IMG/VR virus record: IMGVR_UViG_3300030085_002431
Location: 62,001-126,000 of that record
Direction: 5' to 3' (one strand)
DNA: 64,000 bases
The translations under genes and the position numbers were made by a program. The number at the start of each line of letters is the position of its first letter. Positions within the stretch are counted from its first letter, which is position 1. Shown here one piece after another: positions 38,935 through 48,319 of the stretch. The notes under the pieces were generated by a model. That model was not told where the DNA came from. It was given only the letters and a program-made list of their open reading frames with translations, and made no database searches.

Positions 38935-41435
38935 GATTCTATACCAACGTCTACGAAAAGTTCAATAAGATTCTAGTTCGTGGTTATGACAACGGTAGAT
39001 ACTTTCAGACAGAGGAGGATTTTAATCCTACATTCTTCGTCACTTCAAAGAAAAAGACACAGTATAAAACTTTAGATGGAACTGTGGTTGAACCGATTCA
39101 ACCTGGTTCCATTTCTGATTGTAGGGAATTTATCAAGAAGTATTCAGAGGTTGAGGGATTTGCTGTATTTGGCAATGATAACTTCAAGGCACAGTATATC
39201 TCTGAGAAATATCCAGAGGACGAAATTAAGTTTGATATTAACAAAATCAGACTGTTTACGATTGACATTGAGGTCTCTGCAGAAAACGGATTCCCTAATG
39301 TATTTGAATGTGCAGAAGAACTTCTGACTATCACACTTCAAAACTATGCTACTAAGCAGATTATCTGTTTTGCAAATAACCGTGACTACGAGAATACTCG
39401 TAAGGATGTCATGTATGTGAAATGTGATAGTGAACAGGACATGGCACTGAAGTTCTTGGCATTCTGGGAGCAGAATACTCCTGATGCAATCACTGGATGG
39501 AACTGTGAACTGTATGATATTCCATACATTGCTGGAAGGTTTGAACGTATTCTTGGAACAAAAGACACCCGTCGTCTTTCTCCATGGAAGAATGTTCGAC
39601 GTAAAGAATTTGTGATTCAGGGACGTGAACAAATCTCTTATGAGATTGCTGGTGTTTCTGTTATTGATTATCTTGACCTCTATAAGAAGTTTACTTACAA
39701 GGCACAAGAATCATATCGATTGGACCACATCGCATTTGTGGAACTTGGACAGAAGAAGTTGGACCACTCTGAGTTTGATACCTTTAAGGACTTCTATACA
39801 AAGGACTGGCAGAAGTTTGTTGACTACAACATCAAAGACGTTGAACTTGTTGACCGTCTGGAAGACAAGATGAAACTCATTGAACTCTGTATGACTATGG
39901 CATACGATGCGAAGATTAACTATAATGATGTTTTCTTCCAGGTACGTACATGGGATGCAATTATCTACAATTATCTGAAGAAAAGGAATATCGTAATTCC
40001 TCCAAAAGATAGGAGTGAGAAGAATGAGAAGTATGCAGGTGCGTATGTTAAGGAACCGATTCCTGGGGTATATGATTGGGTTGTCAGTTTTGACCTCAAT
40101 AGCCTGTACCCTCACCTTATTATGCAGTACAATATCTCACCAGAGACACTCCAGGATTCGAGGCATCCCTCAGCAACAGTTGATAAGATACTTAATCAAC
40201 AGGTGACATTTGAGATGTATAAGGACAGTGCGGTTTGTGCTAATGGAGCAATGTATCGCAAGGATGTCCGTGGATTCCTACCTGAACTGATGGAGAAGAT
40301 GTATGGGGACAGAGTTGTATTCAAGAAACGAATGCTTGAAGCAAAGCAGCAGTACGAGAAGACTCCTACTAAAGCACTTGAGAAAGAAATCGCACGTTGT
40401 AACAACATTCAAATGGCGAAGAAGATTTCTCTTAACTCTGCTTATGGNNNNNNNNNNATTGGTAATCAATACTTCAGGTATTACAAACTAGCAAACGCAG
40501 AAGCAATTACTTATTCTGGTCAGGTATCAATCCGTTGGATTGAAAATAAAATGAATAAGTATCTAAATAGATTGTTGAAAACAAGTGATGTCGATTATGT
40601 TATTGCTTCTGATACTGATAGTATCTACCTTAACATGGGTCCTTTGGTCGAAATTGTATACAAGGGAAGAGAAAAAACTAATGAAAAGGTTGTCAATTTC
40701 CTTGACAAGATCTGTAAAATGGAACTTGAGCCTTATATTGAAAGTTCTTACCAAGAACTGGCGGACTATGTGAACGCATACGACCAAAAGATGCAGATGA
40801 AACGGGAAAACATTGCCAACCGTGGAATTTGGACAGCAAAGAAACGATACATCCTTAATGTATGGGATAGTGAAGGTGTTCGATACGAAGAACCTAAACT
40901 AAAAATCATGGGCATTGAAGCAGTAAAGTCTTCAACTCCTGCTCCATGCCGTAAGATGATTAAGGATGGACTCAAAATTGCTATGACTAAGACAGAAGAT
41001 GAGTTGATTGATTTTATTGAAGAGTCGAGAAAGCAATTTAATCAATATGGACCTGAGGAAATTTCTTTTCCTAGGACAGCATCTGATGTCATGAAGCATA
41101 AAGCACATGCAACAATCTACGGAAAGGGAACACCAATCCATGTAAGAGGTGCATTGCTTTATAATCACATGATTAAAGAAAGGGGATTGGATAAGAAGTA
41201 TGCTTCTATTCAGAATGGTGAGAAAATTAAGTTCTGCTATTTGAAACTTCCAAATCCTATTCGTGAGAATGTTATATCTTTCATCTCTGATTTCCCTGTG
41301 GAACTCGGACTAGACAAATATATCGACTATGACCTACAATTCTCAAAGGCATTCCTTGATCCCATGAAGGTCGTTTTGGATGCAATTGGTTGGAAAGTCG
41401 AACGAACCGTTACCCTAGAATCATTTTTTTCCTAA
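38931..41435 (+). CDS. gp43: Family B DNA polymerase gp43 (spans an assembly gap)
   Basis: DIE exonuclease motif, SFDLNSLYP, KKISLNSAYG, SDTDS, KKRY; Ns at 40448-40457. Confidence 0.97.
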   Translation: MRFYTNVYEKFNKILVRGYDNGRYFQTEEDFNPTFFVTSKKKTQYKTLDGTVVEPIQPGSISDCREFIKKYSEVEGFAVFGNDNFKAQYISEKYPEDEIKFDINKIRLFTIDIEVSAENGFPNVFECAEELLTITLQNYATKQIICFANNRDYENTRKDVMYVKCDSEQDMALKFLAFWEQNTPDAITGWNCELYDIPYIAGRFERILGTKDTRRLSPWKNVRRKEFVIQGREQISYEIAGVSVIDYLDLYKKFTYKAQESYRLDHIAFVELGQKKLDHSEFDTFKDFYTKDWQKFVDYNIKDVELVDRLEDKMKLIELCMTMAYDAKINYNDVFFQVRTWDAIIYNYLKKRNIVIPPKDRSEKNEKYAGAYVKEPIPGVYDWVVSFDLNSLYPHLIMQYNISPETLQDSRHPSATVDKILNQQVTFEMYKDSAVCANGAMYRKDVRGFLPELMEKMYGDRVVFKKRMLEAKQQYEKTPTKALEKEIARCNNIQMAKKISLNSAYXXXXIGNQYFRYYKLANAEAITYSGQVSIRWIENKMNKYLNRLLKTSDVDYVIASDTDSIYLNMGPLVEIVYKGREKTNEKVVNFLDKICKMELEPYIESSYQELADYVNAYDQKMQMKRENIANRGIWTAKKRYILNVWDSEGVRYEEPKLKIMGIEAVKSSTPAPCRKMIKDGLKIAMTKTEDELIDFIEESRKQFNQYGPEEISFPRTASDVMKHKAHATIYGKGTPIHVRGALLYNHMIKERGLDKKYASIQNGEKIKFCYLKLPNPIRENVISFISDFPVELGLDKYIDYDLQFSKAFLDPMKVVLDAIGWKVERTVTLESFFS
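40448..40457. other. Scaffold gap (10 N)
   Basis: Run of N inside polymerase motif B. Confidence 0.95.
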
Positions 41436-41605
41436 TGGAACTCCCTATCAACGATAAAGAATTGAACACTATTGTAAGTGCTTTGCGTCTTGGTGGAGAT
41501 ACATCTTTGTATCAGAAATTGAAGACTATCAAGGAAATTCGTGAAAATAATCCTGGTGGTGCCTATAAAAAAGTTGCCCGTGAACAATTTGGTTTTGTGC
41601 TATGA
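41435..41605 (+). CDS. Small conserved hypothetical protein
   Basis: MELPINDKELNTIVSALRLGGDTSLYQKL; TAATG overlap. Confidence 0.6.
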   Translation: MELPINDKELNTIVSALRLGGDTSLYQKLKTIKEIRENNPGGAYKKVAREQFGFVL

Positions 41606-42237
41606 CGTTTGAGGAAGATACATGGTATACAATAATTCCCAGCAATGTGAATTTATACAAGTGTGAACTTGGTCCTACTGCTGTAGGATATCTTTGGGAT
41701 AGGGTGAAGCAAGCAACTGAAAATCCACGTTCTTTTAAACAAACTCTTGCTGGTAATATCAATGAGAGTTTGATTTTAGTTGATAAGGGTAATTATTTTT
41801 TTAAAAATCATTTAGAGTATGCTGCTCATAAGTACATACAAGATAATGGACACAGAGCAATACAACATGTTAAAGATAACAAACTGAAACTAGAATCTTT
41901 TTGGGTAAACTTTCAAAATAAGCACGACTTTAATCCAGTTCATTATCATATTGGAATATTATCATTTGTTATTTGGATGAAAATTCCGACAAGACACAAA
42001 GAGCAGTATAGTCTTCCAATTTCTGCTAACTCAAACAATCCATGTGCTTCTGATTTTGAGTTTTTATACACTAATATTCTTGGTGATATTGAACGAATGG
42101 ATGTTAAGATGGATCCAGAAGTTGAAGGAACTATGTTTATTTTTCCTTCATCTCTAACGCATCAAGTGTATCCATTTTATAATACGGATGATCAAAGAAT
42201 ATCTATATCTGGAAATATTGCTATCGATGAGGAGTAA
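41602..42237 (+). CDS. 2OG-Fe(II) oxygenase-like protein
   Basis: WVNFQ...[32 protein letters not shown]. Confidence 0.8.
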   Translation: MTFEEDTWYTIIPSNVNLYKCELGPTAVGYLWDRVKQATENPRSFKQTLAGNINESLILVDKGNYFFKNHLEYAAHKYIQDNGHRAIQHVKDNKLKLESFWVNFQNKHDFNPVHYHIGILSFVIWMKIPTRHKEQYSLPISANSNNPCASDFEFLYTNILGDIERMDVKMDPEVEGTMFIFPSSLTHQVYPFYNTDDQRISISGNIAIDEE

Positions 42238-42239
42238 TT

Positions 42240-43247
42240 ATGGATTTTTTAAAAGACATTGTAAAAGAAATTGGTGGTGAATACACCCAACTAGCATCTG
42301 CGATTGATGAAACAGAAACTTATGTGGACACAGGTTCGTACATTTTTAACGGACTTGTTTCAGGGTCTTTATTTGGTGGTGTATCTGGGAATAAGATTAC
42401 TGCCATTGCTGGGGAGTCTAGTACTGGAAAAACTTTTTTCTCCCTCGCAGTGGTTAAAAACTTCCTTGATAATAATCCTGACGGTTATTGTCTTTACTTT
42501 GACACTGAAGCCGCAGTTAATAAGTCTCTCCTTGAATCAAGGGGTGTTGATTTGGAACGAGTTGTTGTCGTCAACGTCGTAACTATTGAAGAGTTTCGTA
42601 GTAAAGCACTCAAGGCAGTTGACATGTATTTGAAGGCACCTGAGGCAGACCGTAAACCCTGCATGTTTGTTCTTGATTCTCTTGGAATGCTTTCTACTGA
42701 GAAGGAAATCACAGATGCTCTTAATGAGAAGCAGGTCAGGGATATGACCAAATCACAACTGGTCAAAGGAGCATTCCGTATGCTAACCTTAAAGATGGGA
42801 CAGGCAAAGATTCCCATGATTGTCACCAACCATACCTATGATGTTGTGGGTGCTTATGTTCCTACAAAAGAAATGGGTGGAGGTAGTGGACTCAAGTATG
42901 CAGCATCTACTATCATCTATCTTTCTAAAAAGAAAGAGAAAGATGGTACAGACATCGTTGGTAACATTATCAAAGCAAAGACTCAAAAGTCTCGTTTGAG
43001 TAAAGAAAATCAGCAAGTCGAAGTTCGTCTATACTATGATGAACGTGGATTGGATAAGTACTATGGTCTTCTTGACCTAGCAGAGAAGTATGATATCTTT
43101 CCTAAGAAAGGTACAAGGTATCAGTGCCCAGATGGCACAACTCAGTATGGGAAAACCATTATGGAAAACCCAGAAAAATATTTCACTCAAGAAGTAATGA
43201 TTGAGTTGGATAAAGCAGCAGAAAAAGAATTCTCTTACGGAGGGTAA
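42240..43247 (+). CDS. uvsX: RecA-like recombinase UvsX
   Basis: [26 protein letters not shown]. Confidence 0.97.
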   Translation: MDFLKDIVKEIGGEYTQLASAIDETETYVDTGSYIFNGLVSGSLFGGVSGNKITAIAGESSTGKTFFSLAVVKNFLDNNPDGYCLYFDTEAAVNKSLLESRGVDLERVVVVNVVTIEEFRSKALKAVDMYLKAPEADRKPCMFVLDSLGMLSTEKEITDALNEKQVRDMTKSQLVKGAFRMLTLKMGQAKIPMIVTNHTYDVVGAYVPTKEMGGGSGLKYAASTIIYLSKKKEKDGTDIVGNIIKAKTQKSRLSKENQQVEVRLYYDERGLDKYYGLLDLAEKYDIFPKKGTRYQCPDGTTQYGKTIMENPEKYFTQEVMIELDKAAEKEFSYGG

Positions 43248-44620
43248 TGGAAAACGTCGAGACTACTATTCTTAGGAATCTGATTTTTAATAATGACTAC
43301 TGCAGAAAGGTTCTACCTTTTATCAAAAGTGAATACTTTGAAAATCTCCATGAGAAGGTAGTCTTTGAGGAGATTACTAATTTCATTACTCAGTATGAGA
43401 AACTTGCTACTAAAGAAGTTCTGCTTATTGAGGCAGAGAATCGTACTGACATCAGTGAAGAGACTTATCGAACTATTTGTGAGTATGTCACTAATATCAA
43501 TGAAGTAGAAGCAGATAGTCAGTGGTTGGAAGACACCACAGAAAAGTGGTGTCGTGATCGTGCTATATATCTTGCACTCATGGAGTCCATCAAGATTGCT
43601 GATGGGGATGATGAGAAAAAGAATCGTGATGCTATCCCTAGCATCTTGTCTGATGCCCTAGCAGTGTCATTCGATAACAACATCGGACATGACTACTTCA
43701 AAGACATCGAAGCACGATACGACTTCTACCACGAACGTGAGGATAAAATTCCTTTCGATCTGGAATACTTCAACAAAATTACAAAGGGTGGTCTTCCTAA
43801 CAAGACTCTCAATGTTGCTCTTGCGGGTACTGGTGTGGGTAAGTCTTTGTTCATGTGTCATTGTGCCGCTTCTACTCTCTTACAGGGCAAAAATGTTCTG
43901 TATATCACTATGGAGATGGCCGAAGAAAGGATTGCAGAAAGGGTAGATGCTAACCTTCTCAATGTGAATATTCAGGATATTCAAACATTACCTAAAATTA
44001 TGTTTGAGAGCAAAGTAAATAGTGTTAGTAAGAAAAGTCAAGGGACTTTGATTATTAAGGAATATCCTACTGCTTCTGCACATGCTGGACACTTTAGGGC
44101 ACTTCTTAACGAACTTGCACTTAAGAAGTCATTTAGACCTGATATTATTTTCATTGATTACCTTAATATATGTGCTTCCAGCAGATATAAGCAGGGTGGT
44201 TCTATCAATTCATATAGCTATATTAAGAGCATTGCAGAAGAACTTAGAGGACTGGCTGTTGAAGCAAACGTCCCTATCGTTTCTGCCACGCAGACCACTC
44301 GTTCTGGTTATAGTAGCAGTGATGTTGACCTTACTGACACTAGTGAGTCCTTTGGTCTCCCTGCTACTGCTGATCTTATGTTTGCCCTTATTGGCACTGA
44401 GGAACTTGAATCGCTTGGACAGATTATGGTGAAGCAACTTAAGAACAGGTATAATGACCTTGCAATGAACAGAAGGTTTGTTGTTGGTATTGATAGAGCA
44501 AAGATGCGTCTGTATGATGTAGAGCAAAGTGCTCAGAAAGATATTCTTGATTCTGGTCAGGACGAAGAGTATGATCCAGAAGAAGACAAAACAAGTAAAT
44601 TCTCTGGATTTAAATTCTAG
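43247..44620 (+). CDS. gp41: Replicative helicase gp41 (DnaB-like)
   Basis: AGTGVGKS, ITMEMAEE, IFIDYLNI, SESFGLPATAD, QLKNRY. Confidence 0.97.
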   Translation: MENVETTILRNLIFNNDYCRKVLPFIKSEYFENLHEKVVFEEITNFITQYEKLATKEVLLIEAENRTDISEETYRTICEYVTNINEVEADSQWLEDTTEKWCRDRAIYLALMESIKIADGDDEKKNRDAIPSILSDALAVSFDNNIGHDYFKDIEARYDFYHEREDKIPFDLEYFNKITKGGLPNKTLNVALAGTGVGKSLFMCHCAASTLLQGKNVLYITMEMAEERIAERVDANLLNVNIQDIQTLPKIMFESKVNSVSKKSQGTLIIKEYPTASAHAGHFRALLNELALKKSFRPDIIFIDYLNICASSRYKQGGSINSYSYIKSIAEELRGLAVEANVPIVSATQTTRSGYSSSDVDLTDTSESFGLPATADLMFALIGTEELESLGQIMVKQLKNRYNDLAMNRRFVVGIDRAKMRLYDVEQSAQKDILDSGQDEEYDPEEDKTSKFSGFKF

Positions 44621-44624
44621 AGGA

Positions 44625-44653
44625 TTGACACTTAATTAATAATTCAGTATAGT
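44625..44653 (+). promoter_or_regulatory. Sigma70-type promoter upstream of mazG
   Basis: TTGACA-N17-TATAGT. Confidence 0.75.
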
Positions 44654-44674
44654 AAACAAAAAGAACACAGCATT

Positions 44675-45082
44675 ATGTCCCGAATTGATTTCAAGCGTTA
44701 CGAAAAGTTTGTTGATGCAGTCACTAGTGACCCATCTAAAGACTTTGTTGGTCTTGCAGACCGTATGGTTGAACTGGATGAGAAGGGTGCAAACATCGAA
44801 CGTCTTCTGACTGCTGGTGTTGGTATCAATGCCGAGGGTGGTGAGTTCCTTGAGATTATCAAGAAGATGATTTTCCAGGGCAAACCGTTCAGTCCCGAAA
44901 ACAAAGAGCACATGATTATCGAACTTGGTGATTTGATGTGGTATGTTGCTCAGGCATGTATGGCACTTGAAGTTGACTTTGACAAAGTGATTGACCGTAA
45001 CGTTAAGAAACTTGAGAAACGTTATCCTGGTGGTGCATTTGATGTATACTATTCCGAGAATCGTGAAGAGGGAGACCTGTGA
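44675..45082 (+). CDS. mazG: MazG-like nucleotide pyrophosphohydrolase
   Basis: AEGGEF.E..KK, ELGDLMWY, N..KL..RYP; follows gp41. Confidence 0.93.
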   Translation: MSRIDFKRYEKFVDAVTSDPSKDFVGLADRMVELDEKGANIERLLTAGVGINAEGGEFLEIIKKMIFQGKPFSPENKEHMIIELGDLMWYVAQACMALEVDFDKVIDRNVKKLEKRYPGGAFDVYYSENREEGDL

Positions 45083-45267
45083 TTAATCTTGAGATGAGTA
45101 TGCATGATGCAGTTCTTTTACGTCATACTCTTTTCATGCACACAAAAGACCATCCTGGTTTCTTTACTGATGAAGGTATTCTAAAGATTAGAGGAATATC
45201 TCAACAGTTAGATAAGCAGATTGAGATGGAGTTTGAAAATCAGCAAAAGGAGGTTGAAGATGATTAA
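45079..45267 (+). CDS. Hypothetical protein (paralogue of the next gene)
   Basis: MINLE...A..LR..LF..T...IR....LD.QIE. Confidence 0.6.
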   Translation: MINLEMSMHDAVLLRHTLFMHTKDHPGFFTDEGILKIRGISQQLDKQIEMEFENQQKEVEDD

Positions 45268-45433
45268 TGTAGAATTAGAACTACGTCAAGCAGCAGCAGT
45301 ACGTGAAGCATTGTTTCGGTCTACATCACAAGACAGTTACGAGTTTCCTTCTCAAAGAACTGTAGAGATTAGAGAAGCAATTCGTATTCTTGATGAACAA
45401 ATTGAGAGGTCAATTGAAAATGATAATCAATAA
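45260..45433 (+). CDS. Hypothetical protein (paralogue of the previous gene)
   Basis: AGGAGG RBS, ATG at 45260; MINVE...A..VR..LF..T...IR....LD.QIE. Confidence 0.6.
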   Translation: MINVELELRQAAAVREALFRSTSQDSYEFPSQRTVEIREAIRILDEQIERSIENDNQ

Positions 45434-46061
45434 TCTAGAGCAAGATAAAAATCAAAGTTGGTTCAAAGAAAATCAAGTAAATTTATTTTACAGTAAAATA
45501 TACTACTGTAAGATTGAGAGATATCAATCTGTAGATGCAGAACTGAAGGAAGCACTGAAGGATGTAGATTGGCGCAGGAAAGATTCATGGGGTAAAACTC
45601 ATTTTTTGTCAGACCCAACATTTAAAGAAAACTTTATTGAAGAAAAAAATCTCAAGATATTTAAGCAAGAAATTGAATATCATGTAGGGCAATATACAAA
45701 GTTGCATGGGAAAGTTTTAAAAAAATTCGCAAAGAATTATGATATCGTAGATTCTTGGGCTGCAAAGTTTGAACCTGGAGATTATGCACATGTCCATAAT
45801 CATGGATATGCAGATATTGCGGGAGTTTACTATTATAAACGTCCTACTTCTAAAAGTAAGCATTGTGGAAATATTTTTTTCAATGCTCCAGGTCCAGAAT
45901 ATAATGCTAATCCACTATATTCTCCAATGGCAAGAGCATCTTGGTACTTCCCTGAAGGTACTTTGGTCTTATTCCCTGGTTTCTTACCCCATGGTGTTGA
46001 AACTAATGAGACGGAAAAGGATAGAATTAGTATCTCATTTAATATTAGACTAAGAAGATGA
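45420..46061 (+). CDS. 2OG-Fe(II) oxygenase-like protein
   Basis: HVHNH, AGVYY, LVLFPGFLPHGV, RISISFN. Confidence 0.8.
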   Translation: MIINNLEQDKNQSWFKENQVNLFYSKIYYCKIERYQSVDAELKEALKDVDWRRKDSWGKTHFLSDPTFKENFIEEKNLKIFKQEIEYHVGQYTKLHGKVLKKFAKNYDIVDSWAAKFEPGDYAHVHNHGYADIAGVYYYKRPTSKSKHCGNIFFNAPGPEYNANPLYSPMARASWYFPEGTLVLFPGFLPHGVETNETEKDRISISFNIRLRR

Positions 46062-46063
46062 TT

Positions 46064-46099
46064 AAATCCCTCTCTAAATAATAGAGAGGGATTTTTTTT
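46064..46099 (+). terminator. Terminator hairpin with a late promoter (CTAAATA) at its loop
   Basis: AAATCCCTCTCTA / TAGAGAGGGATTT arms followed by a T run. Confidence 0.8.
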
Positions 46100-46105
46100 A
46101 TTTCC

Positions 46106-47113
46106 ATGGCAGGAACTAGGTCAGCCCAAGAAGTAAATCTTCTAGCAAAAGTTAAGAAGTTCCAAGAGAAGTGTGGTGGAAAACCAATCAACATAGTATT
46201 TTCTAACCAGGGTTTTGGTTCAGTTGGACCAGCTGCTGGAGGTCAGATTGAAGATATAACTAACTTCCTTGAAAACCCTCAAGGTGATAGGTCTGCTGCG
46301 GATATTGTTGCTATTGATAGTAGTCAAAGGCAATATAGTATTTCATGTAAGCAATACAATCCAGGAAACTTCTGTGGACAGGGACTAAAAAGTTTTACAG
46401 AAGAAAATAAAGTTATGAATTTATGGATGCATCAGGTTCTTGGTAGTGTTGCGGCATTTTATCAAAAGAAAACTGACGATGCTGTTAAATATGCTATTGA
46501 TTATCTTTTAAAAATAATTAGAAATAGTCCTGCCAATCAACCATTAACTCCTGTGCAACAGCAGGCAATAGAAAGACAATGGAAAAAAGCTAAGGGATTG
46601 ATGCTTCCTAACTTATACATACCCATTCCTGCAGGAATGAGAAGAGCATTATTTGAATGTAAGCAAATTTACACTGGAGAGGTTGTCACTCATTATATAA
46701 CTGGTGGAACTGCAAATAATCCAGATGAGGATGTAAAAAAAAGAACAATTACTTTTAGTGATTGTACTCTTAAAACTGTTGATGAAATGGTACAGGATTC
46801 TGGTATGATATATCTTGTGATTAGGAAGAGAAGAGCAGACCAGTTTCTTAATATCACAGATAGAAGTGGAAACCCGATAAAAGATTCTCGTAAGTTTTTA
46901 CAAATTTTTGGAGCTGGTATAAAGGGTGAAAGTGGTAGAAGAGTTCAAGTTAGGCAGCAGAGGCAGTTGCCTACTAAATTGAGAAATAATGTTTTCTTAG
47001 ATAATGGTCAGAAGACATCAAGAGCAAGTAAAACATCTGATTCTGAGATTTTAGAAGTGCCATTGAGTGAAGTTCTAAATGGTATTGCTGCCGCAAAATA
47101 CAATAATAAATAA
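46106..47113 (+). CDS. Hypothetical protein, possible PD-(D/E)xK-fold nuclease
   Basis: ADIVAID...YSISCK resembles the D...(S/E)xK nuclease core. Confidence 0.45.
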   Translation: MAGTRSAQEVNLLAKVKKFQEKCGGKPINIVFSNQGFGSVGPAAGGQIEDITNFLENPQGDRSAADIVAIDSSQRQYSISCKQYNPGNFCGQGLKSFTEENKVMNLWMHQVLGSVAAFYQKKTDDAVKYAIDYLLKIIRNSPANQPLTPVQQQAIERQWKKAKGLMLPNLYIPIPAGMRRALFECKQIYTGEVVTHYITGGTANNPDEDVKKRTITFSDCTLKTVDEMVQDSGMIYLVIRKRRADQFLNITDRSGNPIKDSRKFLQIFGAGIKGESGRRVQVRQQRQLPTKLRNNVFLDNGQKTSRASKTSDSEILEVPLSEVLNGIAAAKYNNK

Positions 47114-47135
47114 AACATAAGAGGTAATCATATTA

Positions 47136-48308
47136 ATGAAGAGTTTTGCTCACTTTTTTCAAGAAGCAGTAGAAACCCTTGCATCTACTGAAGCAAAGAA
47201 CCGTGGTCTCCAGGGCAACGGTCATGGAGACTGGTACGATGCCAAGGGTAACTTTGTAGCAAAAACTGTAGGTGGAAAGTTAAAGTATTTTGGTGCTGGT
47301 GATACTAAGTCTGTAGACGGAAAACCTGGTGAGGAAGTAAAAAGACAGAAACCACAGAGAGCAAAACCAGCAGTACAACAGACAGAGCAAGAACCAGAGA
47401 ATGGATTGGTTGTTGTTCTTGGTAAGTTCAATCCCCCATCAAAGAATCATGAGGGTCTTTTGAGAGCAGGATTCTCTCAGGCCAATAGACTTGGATATGA
47501 GTTTAGAATTTATCCAAGTAGAGCAACAGATCCACAGTCAAACCCACTCAATCCAACTGCTAAAATTGATTATATGAAGCAGTTGTTCCCCAAGTATGCT
47601 GACTATGTTGTTGATAGTGAAGAGTCTAGAACTATCTTTGATATCCTCCAGTCAACATATAATGATGGGTACACTGCAATCACATTAGTCGTAGGACAAG
47701 AAAGACTAGGTGAATTCCAGAGTCTTGTTCATAAGGGTGAAGGGCAAGGATATGAGTTTAATAATATTGAAGTAATTTCTGCAGGGGTCAAAGACCCAGA
47801 CAGTGATGTTGAGTCTCCTGGTTCAGCAGCACTTATGAGAGCAGCAGTTGCTATGGATGACTTTGAGAACTTTAAGGGTGGGGTTCCGATGGGAATCTCT
47901 GATGCTGTAAAGAGAAAACTATTCTCAACCATGAAGAAATCCATGGAAGCAACGGAAGTTACTGAAGCATGGAAGATTGCACCAGAACTTGACCGTGATG
48001 GATTGAGATGGAATTATAAGAATAATGGACTGTTTGAAGTTGGAACCATTGTAGAAAGTCTTAGTAATGGTCTCAGAGGTATTATCAAGAGACGTGGTGC
48101 TAACTATCTGATTTGTGTAACTGAAGATGGAATTATGTTCAAGAGTTGGTTGAGAGATGTTATGGAAGTCCATGAGGTTGGGACGGATGAATATAGAGAG
48201 TATCTTCAGCAACTCACTCCAGGTGAGACAAAGCATAGATTTACTGATGGTGTCGTACCAAATACTTACCCGAAAAAGAAATCTATAAATAATAAAAGGA
48301 AAAAGTAG
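47136..48308 (+). CDS. Cytidylyltransferase-like (HxGH nucleotidyltransferase fold) protein
   Basis: GKFNPPSKNH, D...NPL....K...MK.LFP, VVGQER, ISAG, SAALMRAA; N-terminus MKSFAHFFQE. Confidence 0.8.
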   Translation: MKSFAHFFQEAVETLASTEAKNRGLQGNGHGDWYDAKGNFVAKTVGGKLKYFGAGDTKSVDGKPGEEVKRQKPQRAKPAVQQTEQEPENGLVVVLGKFNPPSKNHEGLLRAGFSQANRLGYEFRIYPSRATDPQSNPLNPTAKIDYMKQLFPKYADYVVDSEESRTIFDILQSTYNDGYTAITLVVGQERLGEFQSLVHKGEGQGYEFNNIEVISAGVKDPDSDVESPGSAALMRAAVAMDDFENFKGGVPMGISDAVKRKLFSTMKKSMEATEVTEAWKIAPELDRDGLRWNYKNNGLFEVGTIVESLSNGLRGIIKRRGANYLICVTEDGIMFKSWLRDVMEVHEVGTDEYREYLQQLTPGETKHRFTDGVVPNTYPKKKSINNKRKK

Positions 48309-48319
48309 ACCTATTTGAG

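Noticed and set aside
44675-45082. mazG, hsp20 and tRNA-Gly as novel auxiliary genes
   Set aside because: These are routine components of T4-like cyanophage genomes.
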